Counted from the stretch's first letter, positions 27,401 through 41,505 are shown. The stretch: 64,000 nucleotides of DNA from Eledone cirrhosa (GCA_964016885.1 OZ024742.1:28706001-28770000); one strand, 5' to 3'. Translations and numbers: made by a program. Notes: generated from the letters alone by a model not told the origin.

Positions 27401-30400
27401 AATGTGATGTAGCTGCTTTGGAATTAAATTACATGTGTGTGTCCTGATGTGTACAGGTGTTAATGTGATGTAGCTGGTTTGGAAGTAAAGTACATGTGTG
27501 TGTCTGGATGAGTACAGGTTTTAATGTGATGTAGCTGGTTTGAAAGTTAAGTACATATGTGTGTCTGGATGAGTACAGGTGTTAATTACATGTAGCTGGT
27601 TTGAAATTAAAGTACATGTGTGTGTCTGGATGTGTACAGGTGTTAATTGCATGTAGCTGGTTTGGAAGTAAAGTACATGTGTGTGTGGATGTGTACAGGT
27701 GTTAATGTGATGTAGCTGGTTTGAAAGTTAAGTACATATGTGTGTCTGGATGAGTACAGGTGTTAATGTGATGTAGCTGGTTTGAAGTAAAGTACATGTG
27801 TGTGTCTGGATGTGTACAGGTGTTAATGTGATATAACTGGTTTGAAAGTAAAGTACATGTGTGTGTGTGGATGAGTACATGTGTTGATGTGATGTAGCTG
27901 GTTTGAAAGTAAAGTACATGAGTGTTTCTGGGTGTGTACAGGTGTTAATGTGATGTAGCTGGTTTGAAAGTAAAGTACATATGTGTGTCTGGATCTGTAC
28001 AAGTGTTAATGTGATGTAGCTGGTTTGGAGGTAAAGTACATGTGTGTGTCTGGATGTGTACAGGTGTTAATTGCATGTAGCTGGTTTGAAATTAAAGTAC
28101 ATGTGTGTGTCTGGATGTGTACAGGTGTTAATGTGATGTAGCTGGTTTGGAAGTAAAGTACATGTGTGTGTTTGGATGTGTACAGGTGTTAACGTGATGT
28201 AGCTGGTTTGAAATTAAAACACATGTGTGTGTCCGGGTGTTTACAGGTGTTAATGTGATGTAGCTGGTTTGAAAGTAAAGTACATGTGTGTGTCATGATG
28301 TGTACAGGTGTTAATTGCATGTAGCTGGTTTGAAAGTAAAGTACATGTGTGTGTCTGGATGTGTACAGGTGTTAATGTGATGTAGTTGGTTTGGAAGTAA
28401 AGTACATGTGTGTGTCTGGATGAGTACAGGTGTTAATGTGATGTAGCTGGTTTGAATGTAAAGTACATGTGTGTGTCTGGATGTGTACAGGTGTTAATGT
28501 GATGTAGTTGGTTTGGAAGTAAAGTACATGTGTGTGTCTGGACGTGTACAGGTGTTAATATGATGTAGCTGGATTCGAAGTAAAGTACATGTGTGTTTCT
28601 GGATGAGTACAGGTGTTAATATGATGTAGCTGGTTTGGAAGTAAAGTACATGTATGTGTCTGCATGAGTACAGGTGTTAATCTGATGTAGCTGGTTTGAA
28701 AGTAAAGTACATGTGTGTGTCTGGGTGTGTACAGGTGTTAATGTGATGTAGCTGGTTTGGAAGTAAAGTACATGTGTGTGTCTGGATGAGTACAGGTGTT
28801 AATATGATGTAGCTGGTTTGGAAGTAAAGTACATGTGTGTGTCTGGATGTGTACAGGTGTTAATGTGATGTAGCTGCTTTGGAATTAAATTACATGTGTG
28901 TGTCCTGATGGGTACAGGTGTTAATGTGATGTAGCTGGTTTGTAAGTAAAGTACATGTGTGTGTCTGGATGTGTACAGTTGTTAACGTGATGTAGCTGGT
29001 TTGAAAGTAAAGTACATGTGTGTGTCTGGATGAGTACAGGTGTTAATGTGATGTAGCTGGTTTGAAAGTAAAGTACATGTGTGTGTCTGGATGAGTACAG
29101 GTGTGAATGTGATGTAGCTGGTTTGAAAGTAAGGTACATGTGTGTATCTGTATGAGTACAGGTGTGAATGTGATGTAGCTGGTTTGAAAGTAATGTACAT
29201 GTGTGTGTCTGGATGTGTACAGGTGTTAATATGATGTAGCTGGTTTGGAAGTAAATTACATGTGTGTGTCTGCATGTGTACAGGTGTTAATGTGATGTAG
29301 CTGGTTTGGAAGTAAAGTACATGTGTGTGTCTGGATGTGTACAGGTGTTAATTGCATGTAGTTGGTCTGGAAGTAAAGTACATGTGTGTTTCTGATGTGT
29401 ACAGGTGTTAATATGATGTAGCTGGTTTCGAAGTAAAGTACATGTGTGTTTCTGGATGAGTACAGGTGTTAATATGATGTAGCTGGTTTGGAAGTAAAGT
29501 ACATGTGTGTGTCTGCATGAGTACAGGTGTTAATCTGATGTAGCTGGTTTGAAAGTAAAGTACATGTGTGTGTCTGGGTGTGTACAGGTGTTAATGTGAT
29601 GTAGCTAGTTTGGAAGTGAAGTACATGTGTTAATGTGATGTAGCTAGTTTGGAAGTGAAGTACATGTGTGTGTCTGGATGAGTACAGGTGTTAATATGAT
29701 GTAGCTGGTTTGGAAGTAAAGTACATGTGTGTGTCTGGATGTGTACAGGTGTTAATTGCATGTAGCTGGTTTGAAATTAAAGTACATGTGTGTGTCTTGA
29801 TGTGTACAGGTGTTAATTGCATGTAGCTGGTTTGGAAGTAAAGTACATGTGTGTGTCTGGATGTGTACAGGTGTTAATGTGATGTAGCTGGTTTGGAAGT
29901 AAATTACATGTGTGTGTCCTGATGGGTACAGGTGTTAATGTGATGTAGCTGTTTTGGAAGTAAAGTACATGTGTATGTCTGCATGAGTACAGGTGTTAAT
30001 CTGATGTAGCTGGTTTGAAAGTAAAGTACATGTGTGTGTCTGGGTGTGTACAGGTGTTAATGTGATGTAGCTGGTTTGGAAGTAAAGTATATGTGTGTGT
30101 CTGGATGTGTACAGGTGTTAATGTGATATAGCTGCTTTGGAATTAAATTACATGTGTGTGTCCTGGTGGGTACAGGTGTTAATGTGATGTAGCTGGTTTG
30201 GAAGTAAAGTACATGTGTGTGTCTGGATGTGTACAGGTTTTAACGTGATGTAGCTGGTTTGAAAGTAAAGTACATATGTGTGTCTGGATGAGTACAGGTG
30301 TGAATGTGACGTAGCTGGTTTGAAGTAAAGTACATGTGTGTGTCTGGATGTGTACAGGTGTTAATGTGATATAGCTGGTTTGAAAGTAAAGTACATGTGT

Positions 30401-31369
30401 GTGTCTGGATGAGTACAGGTGTTAATGTGATGTAGCTGGTTTGAAAGTAAAGTACATGTGTGTGTCTGGATGAGTACAGGTGTGAATGTGATGTAGCTGG
30501 TTTGAAAGTAAAGTACATGTGTGTATCTGGATGAGTACAGGTGTGAATGTGATGTAGCTGGTTTGAAAGTAATGTACATGTGCGTGTCTAGATGTGTACA
30601 GGTGTTAATGTGATGTACCTGGTTTGGAAGTAAAGTACATGTGTGTGTCTGGATGTGTACAGGTTTTAATATGATGTAGCTGGTTTGGAAGTAAAGTACA
30701 TGTGTGTGTCTGGATGTGTACAGGTGTTAATTGCTTGTAGTTGGTCTGGATGTAAAGTACATGTGTGTTTCTGGGTGTGTACAGGTGTTAATATGATGTA
30801 GCTGGTTTCGAAGTAAAGTACATGTGTGTTTCTGGATGAGTACAGTTGTTAATATGATGTAGCTGGTTTGAAGTAAAGTACATGTGTGTGTCTGCATGAG
30901 TACAGGTGTTAATCTGATGTAGCTGGTTTGGAAGTAAAGTACAAGTGTGTGTCTGGATGAGTACAGGTGTTAATGTGATGTAGCTGGTTTGGAAGTAAAG
31001 TACATGTGTGTGTCTGGATGTGTACAGGTGTTAATTGCATGTAGCTGGTTTGGAAGTAAAATACATGTGTGTGTGTGGATGTGTACAGGTGTTAATGTGA
31101 TGTAGCTGGTTTGGAAGTAAAGTACATGTGTGTGTCTGCGTTAGTACAGGTGTTAATCTGATGTAGCTGGTTTGAAAGTAAAGTACATGTGTGTGTCTGG
31201 GTGTGTACAGGTGTTAATGTGATGTAGCTGCTTTGGAATTAAATTACATGTGTGTGTCTGGATGAGTACAGGTGTTAATGTGATGTAGCTGGTTTGGAAG
31301 TAAAGTACATGTGTGTGTCTGGATGAGTACAGGTGTTAATGTGATGTAGCTGGTTTGGAATAAAGTACA
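15474..31369. repeat. 61-bp tandem satellite, about 260 units
   Basis: Unit tgttaatgtgatgtagctggtttg(g/a)aagtaaagtacatgtgtgtgtctggatg(t/a)gtacagg; contains higher-order duplications. Confidence 0.98.
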
Positions 31370-31762
31370 CATGAATGTGTGTGTGTGTGTGTCTGCCCGT
31401 GTGTTTGTGTGCCTGTGTGTGTGTGTGTGTCCGTGTGTGTGTCTGCCTGTGTGCCTCTTCTGTGTGCGTGCCTCTGTGTGTGCGTGCCTCTGTGTGTGTG
31501 TGTGTGTGACTGTGTGTGTGTGCGTGGGTGACTGTGTGTGTGAATACATGTATGTGTGTGCGTGTGTAGGGTATGTATGTGTATCTGGCTTCTGGTGTGG
31601 ATGTGTATCTGAGTCAGTGTGTGCGTCTGTGTGTGCGTCCTTTATATATTATAAATGGATCTTATTTAGGTGTTCATACATGTGTATGTTATATACAGCT
31701 AGAGGTGTAATGTAGAGTTTTGTGAGGATATCATAGGCGGTGTGTGGAAAACCCCAGCTTTC

Positions 31763-31908
31763 GTAGTGATGTACAGCTTACAGTTTCTGGTGTATATACA
31801 TTGATGTACAACTTACAGAATGTCGTGTGTGTGTGTATATATATATATAGTGATGTACAGCTTACAGTTTCTAGTGTATATACATTGATGTACAACTTAC
31901 AGAATGTC

Positions 31909-31954
<46 letters not shown>

Positions 31955-32015
31955 GTACAGCTTACAATTTCTGGTGTATATACATTGATGTACCACTTAC
32001 AGAATGTGGTGTGTG

Positions 32016-32105
<90 letters not shown>

Positions 32106-32302
32106 GTGATGTACAGTTTAACCTATGTGTGGTGTATATACGTTGATGTACAAGATACATAATATGGTGTGTATATATATATATATCGTGATGTACAGTT
32201 TACAGTATATGTGGTGTATATACATAGATGTACATCTTACAGAACGTGGTGTGTGTGTGTATATATATATATAGTGATGTACAATTTACAGTATGTATTG
32301 TT

Positions 32303-32358
<56 letters not shown>

Positions 32359-32392
32359 ATACATGTTACTGTATATGGTGTGCGTGTGTGTG

Positions 32393-32427
<35 letters not shown>

Positions 32428-32580
32428 GTGTGTGTTTGTGTACATGTAAATGTTTTATCTATCTATATAAATATATAAATATATATGTGTGTGTGTGTGT
32501 GTATATTTGTGTACATATTACAGTATATGTGGTGTATATATAGTGACGTACAGTTTACAGTATGTGGTGTATATGGTGTA
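31763..32580. repeat. ~85 bp composite minisatellite (tagtgatgtacagcttacag...ttacagaatgtcgtgtg + TA)
   Basis: Repeated anchor with variable TG/TA tails. Confidence 0.85.
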
Positions 32581-32807
32581 TATGTATAAGTTTATATATA
32601 TAGACGTACAGGTTACATTTTTATGTTCAAATATTAGAGTATTTTACGAGGTAAGATCTATGGGTGGATGGTGTAGGGGTGGGATGTTACATGTGGTGTC
32701 TGGGTCACCTAGAAATATCGATTTTATTGAACAAAGTTTCATTGGGATAGCATTAGTGGTGTGTAAATCATATCTGGGTGCTGAAGTCGTAGAATAGGTT
32801 ACATATG

Positions 32808-33052
32808 GGTGCTGGTGGGGTGTTATGTCGTATAAGGGTATTGGTGGGGTGTTATATTATATATAGGTGTTGGTGGAGTGTTATGTCGTATAAGGGTATT
32901 GGTGGGGTGTTATATTATATATAGGTGTTGGTAGGGTGTTATATCATATATGGGTATTGGTGGGGTGTTATATTATATATGGTTATTGGTGGGGTTTTAT
33001 ATCATATATGGGTATTGGTGGGGTGTTATATTATATATGGGTATTGGGGTGT
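32808..33052. repeat. ~29 bp minisatellite (ggtattggtggggtgttatattatatat)
   Basis: About 8 units. Confidence 0.85.
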
Positions 33053-33059
33053 TAAAACG

Positions 33060-33262
33060 ACAGCGTTTGAAAGATTATCATCGAAGATTTGGGCATGCGG
33101 AAGATTTGTGCGAAGATGGTACCGAAGATGGTGCACGCTGATCAAAGGGAGCAGCACATACACGTGGGTGATGGCAGGACATGAAGTGTCTTGAAACCGA
33201 ACGAGACTTACTGAAGAGAGTCATTACCGCTGATGAATCGTGCATCTTCGAGTACGACACGT
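33060..33262 (+). mobile_element. Mariner transposase fragment (pseudogene)
   Basis: EDLGMRKICAKMVP...ETERDLLKRVITADESCIFEYD, homologous to 58860-59045. Confidence 0.8.
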
Positions 33263-33519
33263 TTTCCGGAATGGAAACCACCGAGAGGGTCGTGATGGTG
33301 GAGCTGCAGGGAGACGTTGTGGATAAATATGGAAGAGTGTGTGAAACTTGAGGGGATTATTTCCATGTGGATTTGAAATATATATATATATATATATTTT
33401 ACGACGACAGTTTTGTTTCTGACAACTCGTGTGTGTGTCTGTATCCTGTAAATATTTTTTTCTGTTTCTTCCTTCTCTTTCTCTCATCCATCCGAATTCT
33501 TTTTCTATCTCTCATTCTA

Positions 33520-33555
33520 TATTCCGATGAAAAACAAACGCCCGAAACGTCAATA
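33520..33555 (+). ncRNA. Degenerate minimal hammerhead motif
   Basis: tatt-CCGATGA-aaaacaaacgccc-GAAA-CGTC-aata; stem I intact, U4 and stem II mutated; downstream sequence matches the element at ~2620-2770 in reverse. Confidence 0.5.
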
Positions 33556-33893
33556 ATCTTTTCCTACTATATCAAGCGTTAAACTAATATAAGTCAGCAA
33601 TGTAATGTATTATTCTGTGTTTTGCTTCATTGACTTTTAGCATATGTAAGACAAGATTCATTCCGAAGTACTTTGTCTTAATTTCACAAAATTTGGATTA
33701 GCTTAAATTATTTGAGTTATCATCCTTGTTTGATGATTTTTTTATATTTTAAACACACCTGGCTGTTTTGTCATATGACAAGGAAAATCGCATGTAATTG
33801 ATGTTTTACATCTAACCACACGTGTTTGTATAAGGGGTAGAAATAAAGACACAATGAAGGAAAAACAGAAGGATGTGTATGTGTATTCAATAC

Positions 33894-33964
<71 letters not shown>

Positions 33965-34031
33965 CACACACACACACATATATATATACACACCCAAATG
34001 TGTACATAAATGTGTATGCATGTGTATATAA

Positions 34032-34084
<53 letters not shown>

Positions 34085-34151
34085 CACACACATTAATATA
34101 ACTAATTTTGCCTCCTGTGTTTTGTTTGTTTCATAATTTAACTATACACAC

Positions 34152-34196
<45 letters not shown>

Positions 34197-34334
34197 CACA
34201 TATCCGTTCCATCGATCCCTTTCCATTAAGACATACGACAGTGTTTAATTGAATATTCCGTTTGCTATAGTTAGCTATATTGGTAAAGTGTTGAACTCAG
34301 TGTGTTGTAATGTTGTTAGTAGTCTCTACTGGTG

Positions 34335-34385
<51 letters not shown>

Positions 34386-34388
34386 TCA

Positions 34389-34451
<63 letters not shown>

Positions 34452-34802
34452 GTATATAAGTGTTGTGTGTGTGAGGGCGGGGGGAGGGGTCAGTGGGTCT
34501 GTGTGTATGTGCGTGCGTCAGTGTGTAAGTGTTTGCGCACGTGTGCGTGCGTGTGTCGGCGTGCGTGCGTGTCGGTGTCGGTATGTGTGCGTGTGTGTAT
34601 TAATATACCCACCGTTCTGTTATGTAATACAACTGTGTACAGCTGCTGTGTAACGTCGTGTAACGTCGTGTAACGTCGTGTAACGTCGTGTAACGCTGGG
34701 TATTACCAAACAACGTAGTTTGTTGTGTAGATATGATGCGGTGTGTTAAGGATAAGCATATACACATACATATATACACACACATATTTACACACACACA
34801 TT

Positions 34803-34842
<40 letters not shown>

Positions 34843-35285
34843 CACACACATATACACACACACACATATATACACACACACACATATACACACATATATA
34901 CACAAATATATACACACACACATATATACATACACATATATACACACACATATACACACACATATATACACACACACATATATATACACACATATATACA
35001 CACACATATATACACACACACATATATACACATATATACACACACACATATACACACAATGTTTTGAGTCACACCAAGGCCATGCTGTAGCACCACATTC
35101 ACAAGATTTAGTCAATCTCATCTTATACACCCCACCACTTATTGTCTCCTTGTTAGTTGATCGGCTGTTGTTTGTCGAAATGTTAAGTAACTGAAAACCA
35201 CCCCTACTATATTCAATTCTTACCCTCTCTATCCCTTTCTCTCCCTACTACATAGACATTGAAATCGAAATATACATGATGTGTG

Positions 35286-35574
35286 CAGGTCCGCATTTAA
35301 TGGGGGGGGGGACAAAGGTCAAATGTCACGAGCCCCCTACAGTGGTGGGCCCCACCATTGATGGCTGTAGCAATTTATTCGTGCCCTCAGCTGGGCTTTA
35401 GGACGTTTACAGCTGGGTTTGAGGATGTTTACGTTTTTTTTAAATTTAATATGTATGTATAATTTGTCAATTGTAATTACTTGCACCAAGCTAACTTTGA
35501 TATGTAAATTTGTGGGATTTGCTGTGTATTCTAATGTTTGTGTATGATCCACCCAATGTCTAAATCCACCCCTG
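35286..35574. mobile_element. hAT-type MITE (older copy)
   Basis: TIRs caggtccgcattta / taaatccacccctg; degenerate 8-bp TSD gatgtgtg/gatatggg; similar to 45360-45631. Confidence 0.65.
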
Positions 35575-35604
35575 GATATGGGGCGTGAAGGTAAAATAGT
35601 CACA

Positions 35605-36035
35605 ATAATTTTGGTTTCTAATGTAGGCACAAGGCCAATAATTTTAGGGGGAGAGGAAAGTTGATTAAAACGGTTCCAGTTCATTACTGGTACTATATTA
35701 CATTGACCTCGAAAGAATAAAAGGCACAGTTAACCTCGGCCGAATTCGAATTGTGAACGTAAAATAACAAATAAATACGGCTAAGCATGTTGTCCGGTGC
35801 TCTACCGCTTTTTCCAATCCACTGCCCTATAACATAGCAGACAATAATTGTTTCTACTTTTGGCACATGGCCAGCAATTGTACCAGTGCATTACTGGTAC
35901 TTTATTTTATCGACCCCGTAAGGATGCAAGGCAAAATTAACCTCGGCGGGATTTGAACTCAGATCGCAAAGGGACGTAACTATGCTGGAAAGCATGGCGT
36001 CCGACCCTCTACCGATACTGCCAATCCACTGAGTG
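35605..36035 (-). mobile_element. Two tandem SINE-A copies
   Basis: Two reverse-complement cores (gacctcgaaagaataaaaggcacagttaacctcgg; tcgaccccgtaaggatgcaaggcaaaattaacctcgg). Confidence 0.85.
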
Positions 36036-36669
36036 AATAATAATAGCGCTGACTGTGATAAAATATATTGTAGAAATCATAGAAGCCACACAAGGGTTTA
36101 TAGTTATACACACTGTCCAAAATTAGCTCTGATAGGAACAGTCTATATCCTGCCCTAGATATTATCGTTCAATATCACGACTAAAATAAAACTTACTATA
36201 AACAATTGAGCTCTATCTTATGAAATGGACCAAGGAGCAATAAAAAAATGTGATGTCTATGAATATGGCATTAGCTACATCTAGAAGTTGCTGTACATGA
36301 AACACAACCGTTAGAAGAGGCCTGATGAATGTAGTATAGTTAATTTGAGGCATTGTGAAATATGTAATAAATAACTGATAAGGGTCAGAAAACTGGTACA
36401 ATGTGGCAGAAATATATAAAGGGTAAAGGATGACAAAATTGCTGGCTTGTGCCTAATATAGAAACCATTAATAACCATTTCATAAATAGTAATGTAAAGC
36501 TTCTATATTATATCTCGGAAGTAACGGACCGAGAAAAGGGGAAAACGGTTAAAGAAGACCTTAAGAAACGAGTTTCTGCCGAGAAAGGGGGAGCAGTAGA
36601 TGGAAAGACGTTGCTGGATCAATTTGATCGACAAACGACTGAACTTACAGATCTGGGATTTAGCTGTGC

Positions 36670-37175
36670 CACTTCTTCGCTCACTTATTTCTGAGATGGT
36701 CATGGAGACAGAGTCCTGAAACACTCCTTCCAGCAGGTTCTGTCACAAGCAACCGTCTCCAACTGATCCGGCTGGATCTCCAAGCGAGACCAACAAAGCT
36801 CATGGATGATATCCACCCATCTTGCTTGGGGTCCACCCTGAGTCTCCTGCAAATTGGTTTTGCGTGTAAAATCTCTCCAGTGTTTCTTTCCAGAGACATT
36901 TTAACCACATACCCACACTATCAGAGCAGTGATCTCTCAATTCGGAGACGTAGCGGCTCTACCTGGAGTGACTCTCTGATATCAGAGCTACGCACTATCG
37001 AGTAACGTTACTCCATTTCAGCCACATGTGTTCTGACCACATGACCGTAATATCGGAGCTGTGATTTTTCAATTCAGAGAAGTCGCAGCTCTACCTGGAA
37101 TGACTGATATCTGAGCTACGCACTATAGCATAACGTTACTCCAAAGACCCTTCGTAGGAACGCCATTTTGGCCGC
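36670..37175 (-). mobile_element. RTE-clade LINE 3' end fragment with internal duplication
   Basis: Reverse-complement homolog of 55140-55520 (GEILHAKPICRRLRVDPKQDGW); ~36925-37015 duplicated at ~37055-37145. Confidence 0.75.
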
Positions 37176-37289
37176 TTGTATTCGCGATTGTATCTTCCTT
37201 AGATTACTATGCCAAAGTAATCTAAAACGGGGAGAGTGTAACACTGTTGATACCAACCCAACAACACGCTTTGGGTGCTAAGTCGGTGA

Positions 37290-37800
37290 CTAAAGGTAAT
37301 ATCCTGTGTGGAATTAATAGAGAAAGTATTACATAGTGAGTCCCGTAAAATGCTGGCTCAAAACTCGTAAAAGAAGACACGAGAAGATCTTTATGTCCAT
37401 TAACTGCTCAATATGTCAAACATGGCCTGTTACATGGTACCAGCATGGAATAGAAAATCTTCACTGTGACAGAGACAAACACAAGACACTCTGGGACTTC
37501 ACTATCAAAACTAACCACAGACTTGAACTCAACAGACCTGTTACTGTAACTATGTTGAGAAATTGATGTGAATGTCAGAATATTGATGTTACAATCCCAC
37601 GAGACCACAACACAGTCTTGAAAGAAATTGAAAATATAATTGAATTATACTGATTTGAAGATCGAAGCCTCACAAATGTGGTCAATACCACTTAACAACA
37701 TTAAGATAATTCCAGTCTACATAAGATCGTTGGACTCAATACCATGAAATCTGAAATGAGATATTGAGCAAATAGACCACAAATCCCAAATTGATGTTTG
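37290..37800 (+). mobile_element. Fragment of a restriction-like-endonuclease LINE (R4/Dong-like)
   Basis: KRRHEK...LWDFTIKTNHRLELNRP...CQNIDVTIP resembles RHD...LWDFxIQTD...NRPD...IDVAIP; stops and frameshifts. Confidence 0.65.
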
Positions 37801-37809
37801 TCTAAGGTG

Positions 37810-38610
37810 ACACAGGGCCAGTAAATTAAAGGGAAGAGAAAATCGATTAAATCGAACCCAATGCGTTACTGAAACTTCTATTTTATCGACTCCGTAAGGA
37901 TGAAAGGAAAAGCTAACATTTATGAAACTTAAACTTAGAACCTAAAGGACCATAATTATATGCTTAATAATAATAATAATAATGGTGTCTGATTTAAGCA
38001 CAAGGCCAGCAATCTTTGGGAGGAAAGTCGATTAAATCGACCCCAGTGCCTTACTGGTTCTTTATTTTATCGATCCCGTAAGGATGAGAGACAAAACTAA
38101 CCTCGTCAGGATTTGAATTCAAAACGTAAATGGCCGTAACTATGCCATAAATCATGTTATCCGATGCTGCCAACCCGCCACCCTTATAATAATTGTTTCG
38201 ACTTTTGGCACAAGGCCAGCAATTATCCCAGTGTATTACTGGTACTTTATTTTATCGACCCCGTAAGGATGAAAGGCAAAGTTAACCTCGGCGGGATTTG
38301 AACTTAGACCATAAAGGGCCGTAACTCTTTGCTGCAAAGCATGGCGTCAGACCCTCTACCGATACTGCCAATCCACCACCGCCCTTATAATAATAATAAT
38401 GATTTCTAGTATAGGCATAAGACCAGTAATTTGGCGGGAGGGGAATGTCGATTAAATTGACCCCAGTGCATTACTGTTACTTTATTTTATCGACCCCTGT
38501 ATGGATGAAAAGCAAAGCTAACCGTGGCACGATTTGAACTCAGAACGTAAAGGGCCATAACTATATTGCAAAGCATGGTGTCTGACGCTCTACCGATACT
38601 ACCAAGTCAG
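37810..38610 (-). mobile_element. Four head-to-tail SINE-A copies
   Basis: Four cores (tcgactccgtaagg, tcgatcccgtaagg, tcgaccccgtaagg, tcgacccctgtatgg) separated by (TAA)n tails. Confidence 0.9.
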
Positions 38611-39017
38611 TAACCATAAGTATGTAAGCAGCGCGAGTTCATCATTCATGAGCAGTTGCAGTGGGTGTGCAATGTCTAGAATGTCAACATCCTGAATTTT
38701 AAAATGGACAGTGTTCAGAATATGGAGAAGATTAATTCAAAGAATCAGACCAGGGAACCACTAAGCCATGCGCCTTCACAATATACATACATACATATAT
38801 ATATATATCGTTCTTCCTCACTTTTCGTTGCTTCACCATCTTTGTTTGTTTACACTCTCGCTGTCCCCTTTATTTACGTGTCCCAACGACTTTTTTTAGC
38901 CGTTGCTCGCACCAACCGGAGGTATATGGTCTTTAAAGCGATGAAATACCAATGATGGTTGGAAGATCACTGATGAAGGACTAACTTTATTCATATATAT
39001 ATATATATATATATATA

Positions 39018-39350
39018 TTAATTAATGGAAACTATATTTATAAAACCATATTTATTTTATTATACATTTCAAGGGCAACCAAGGCAAATTATGGTGCACT
39101 TTCATCAGATAAAATACAGATTTGTTTTATAAATAAATATTGACATACCCGGAAAAAAGACAACCTTAACGGTTGGAGCTTCCTGGTTGCCCTTGAAATA
39201 TATATAATAAAATAAATATGGTTTATAAATATAGTTTCCATTTATTAATATATTGTGTATTTACTCCACTAAGTTGTTGAGTGCTTTATATCAATTATAA
39301 ACATTTTTTAAGCTTGTTGAATCCCAACAAATTAAATATAACCTCTGCAT
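39018..39350. mobile_element. Penelope-like terminal fragment with inverted duplication, between TA repeats
   Basis: Arms ~39021-39082 and ~39184-39248; contains the hammerhead below and a ttgagtgc motif. Confidence 0.6.
39053..39116 (-). ncRNA. Complete type I hammerhead ribozyme motif
   Basis: tattttat-CTGATGA-aagtgcacca(taatttgcct)tggttgccctt-GAAA-tgta-TA-ataaaata: 8-bp stem I, long stem II, AUA triplet. Confidence 0.75.
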
Positions 39351-39475
39351 ATATATATATATATATATATAAAATCTGTAAGCCAGAAAAGTCGTTATGC
39401 CGGTGATTATCGCGACTGGGAAGCGACTGGGAGTACTCGACTTGCCCCTGGACAAGACGCCAGTCTATCACAGGG

Positions 39476-39513
<38 letters not shown>

Positions 39514-39515
39514 TG

Positions 39516-39568
<53 letters not shown>

Positions 39569-40434
39569 TGTTTGTATGTATGTATGTGTACTCTATCATT
39601 TCTTCAGAGAGCTCAATAAAGTAAAAATAGTATTATATAAAGCTAGATGCAGTTGTACAGTTAAATGGTATACTGGCTAACAACACTTTCTAAATTGGTA
39701 AATATTCAATGTGAAATCTATTTTGATAACTATTTAAATTATCATCTATGAATATAGAGATTGTCTTATTTCCCTGCACAGTTAAATGGCTAACTGATCA
39801 CATTCTTATACGTACATATGTGTGATATACATATATATATAGTGAGAGAGAGGAGGGAGAGAGAGAGAGTGTGTCAGGGAGAGAGAGTGTCAGGGAGAGA
39901 GTGTGTCAGAGAGGGGGTAGAGAGTGTGGGAGAGAGAGAGAGGTGGGAGAGGGGGAGAAGAGTGTGGCAGAGACAGAAGGGGAGGAGAGTGTGGCAGAGA
40001 GACAGGGGCAGGAGAGTGTGTCAGAGAGAGAGGGGGAGGAGAGTGTGTCAAAGAGAGAGAGAGGGAGGAGAGTGTGTCAGAGAGTGCGTGAGTGAGTGAG
40101 TGAGTGAGTGAGTGAGTGAGTGGGTGAGTGAGGGAGTGAGGGAGTGAGTGCGTGAGTGAGTGAGTGCGTGAGTGAGTGAGTGCGTGCACGTGCGAGTTGC
40201 GAGACAGAATTTGTGAGTGTCTGTGTGAGTAGGTATGTATGTTAAATATATATATTGTAGTCTGGTCTATGGTCTACATATATATGGTGTAGTGTGTATA
40301 TAAGTGTAAATAGATAGAGTTTAATGTGTAATCTGCTTTAGATAGATATGGTGTAGTGTGTAAAGTCTCAATATGTAAACTAAACGACTAATTCTGGATT
40401 TTATAAAAATCAGAGATAATCTAGAAAAGTTAAA

Positions 40435-41505
40435 TAAGCATTTCATCCTTACGGGGGTCGATAAAATAAAGTACCAGTAATACACCGGGGGCGATTTTAT
40501 CCCCAAAATTGTTGGCCTTGTGCCTAAATCAGATACCGTTATTTTTATTATGAGGGCGGCTGATTAGCAGTATCGGTAGATCATCGGACATCATGCTTTG
40601 CAGCATACAGTTACGTCCCTTTACAATCAGAGTACAAATCCGACTGATATTACGGGTTCGATAAAATAAAGTACCAGTAACGCACTGGGGTCGATTTAAT
40701 CTACTTTCCCTTCCACCCAAAGTGCTGGCCTTGTGCCTTAAATCAGAAACCATTATGAAAGAACAGGACTTGTTCTGCAAAAGAACGAGAAAAATGAAGA
40801 TACAAAAGCACACGGCGAACTAGAAAGAAACAGAAGAACGTTCTTTTCTTTTTCTGGTGGAAAAGATTAACATTTGCTTCAAACATACAAAACATTCTAC
40901 AGAGACTTACCAAGCGTCAGACAATTGACTATTTAAAAAAAAAAATAATAATAAAATGGGATTGTAAAACTCCATGCATCTATAATGATTTCTGATTTCG
41001 GCACAAGGCCAATAATTTTGGGGGAGTGGAAGTCGATTAAAGCAACCCAGTGCATGACTGGTAGTTTATTTCTTTAACCCAGTCAAGATGAAAGGCAAAC
41101 CTAATTTCGGCAGGATTTGAACACAGAACGCAGAGAGACATAATTATATGCAGCAAAGTATTTTGTCCGGCATACTAACGAGTCAGTCAAATAATAATTA
41201 TTATTTCTACTACGGGGTCGATAAAATAAAGTACCAGTAATGCACTGGGTAATTTGCTGGCCTTGTGCCTAAAGTAGAAACAATTATTTCTACTATAGGC
41301 ACAAGGCCAGTAATTTGGGGGTAGGGGAAAGTGGATTAAATCGACCCCAGTACGTTACTGGTATTTATTTTATCGACCCCGTAAGGATGAAAATCAAAAT
41401 TAACCTCGGTAGGATTTGAACTCAGAATGGAAAGGGCCGTAACTCTTTGCGTCAAAGCATGGCGTCCGACCCTCTACCGATACTGCCAATCCATCGCCCT
41501 ACAAA
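40435..41505. mobile_element. Cluster of five SINE-A copies in mixed orientation (+,+,-,+,-)
   Basis: Core or partial-core matches at ~40445, 40655, 41080, 41215, 41375. Confidence 0.85.

Noticed and set aside
15474-31369. Satellite as a CRISPR array or repeat protein gene
   Set aside because: Units are contiguous with no unique spacers and no cas genes; 61 bp is not a multiple of 3 and all frames hit stops.
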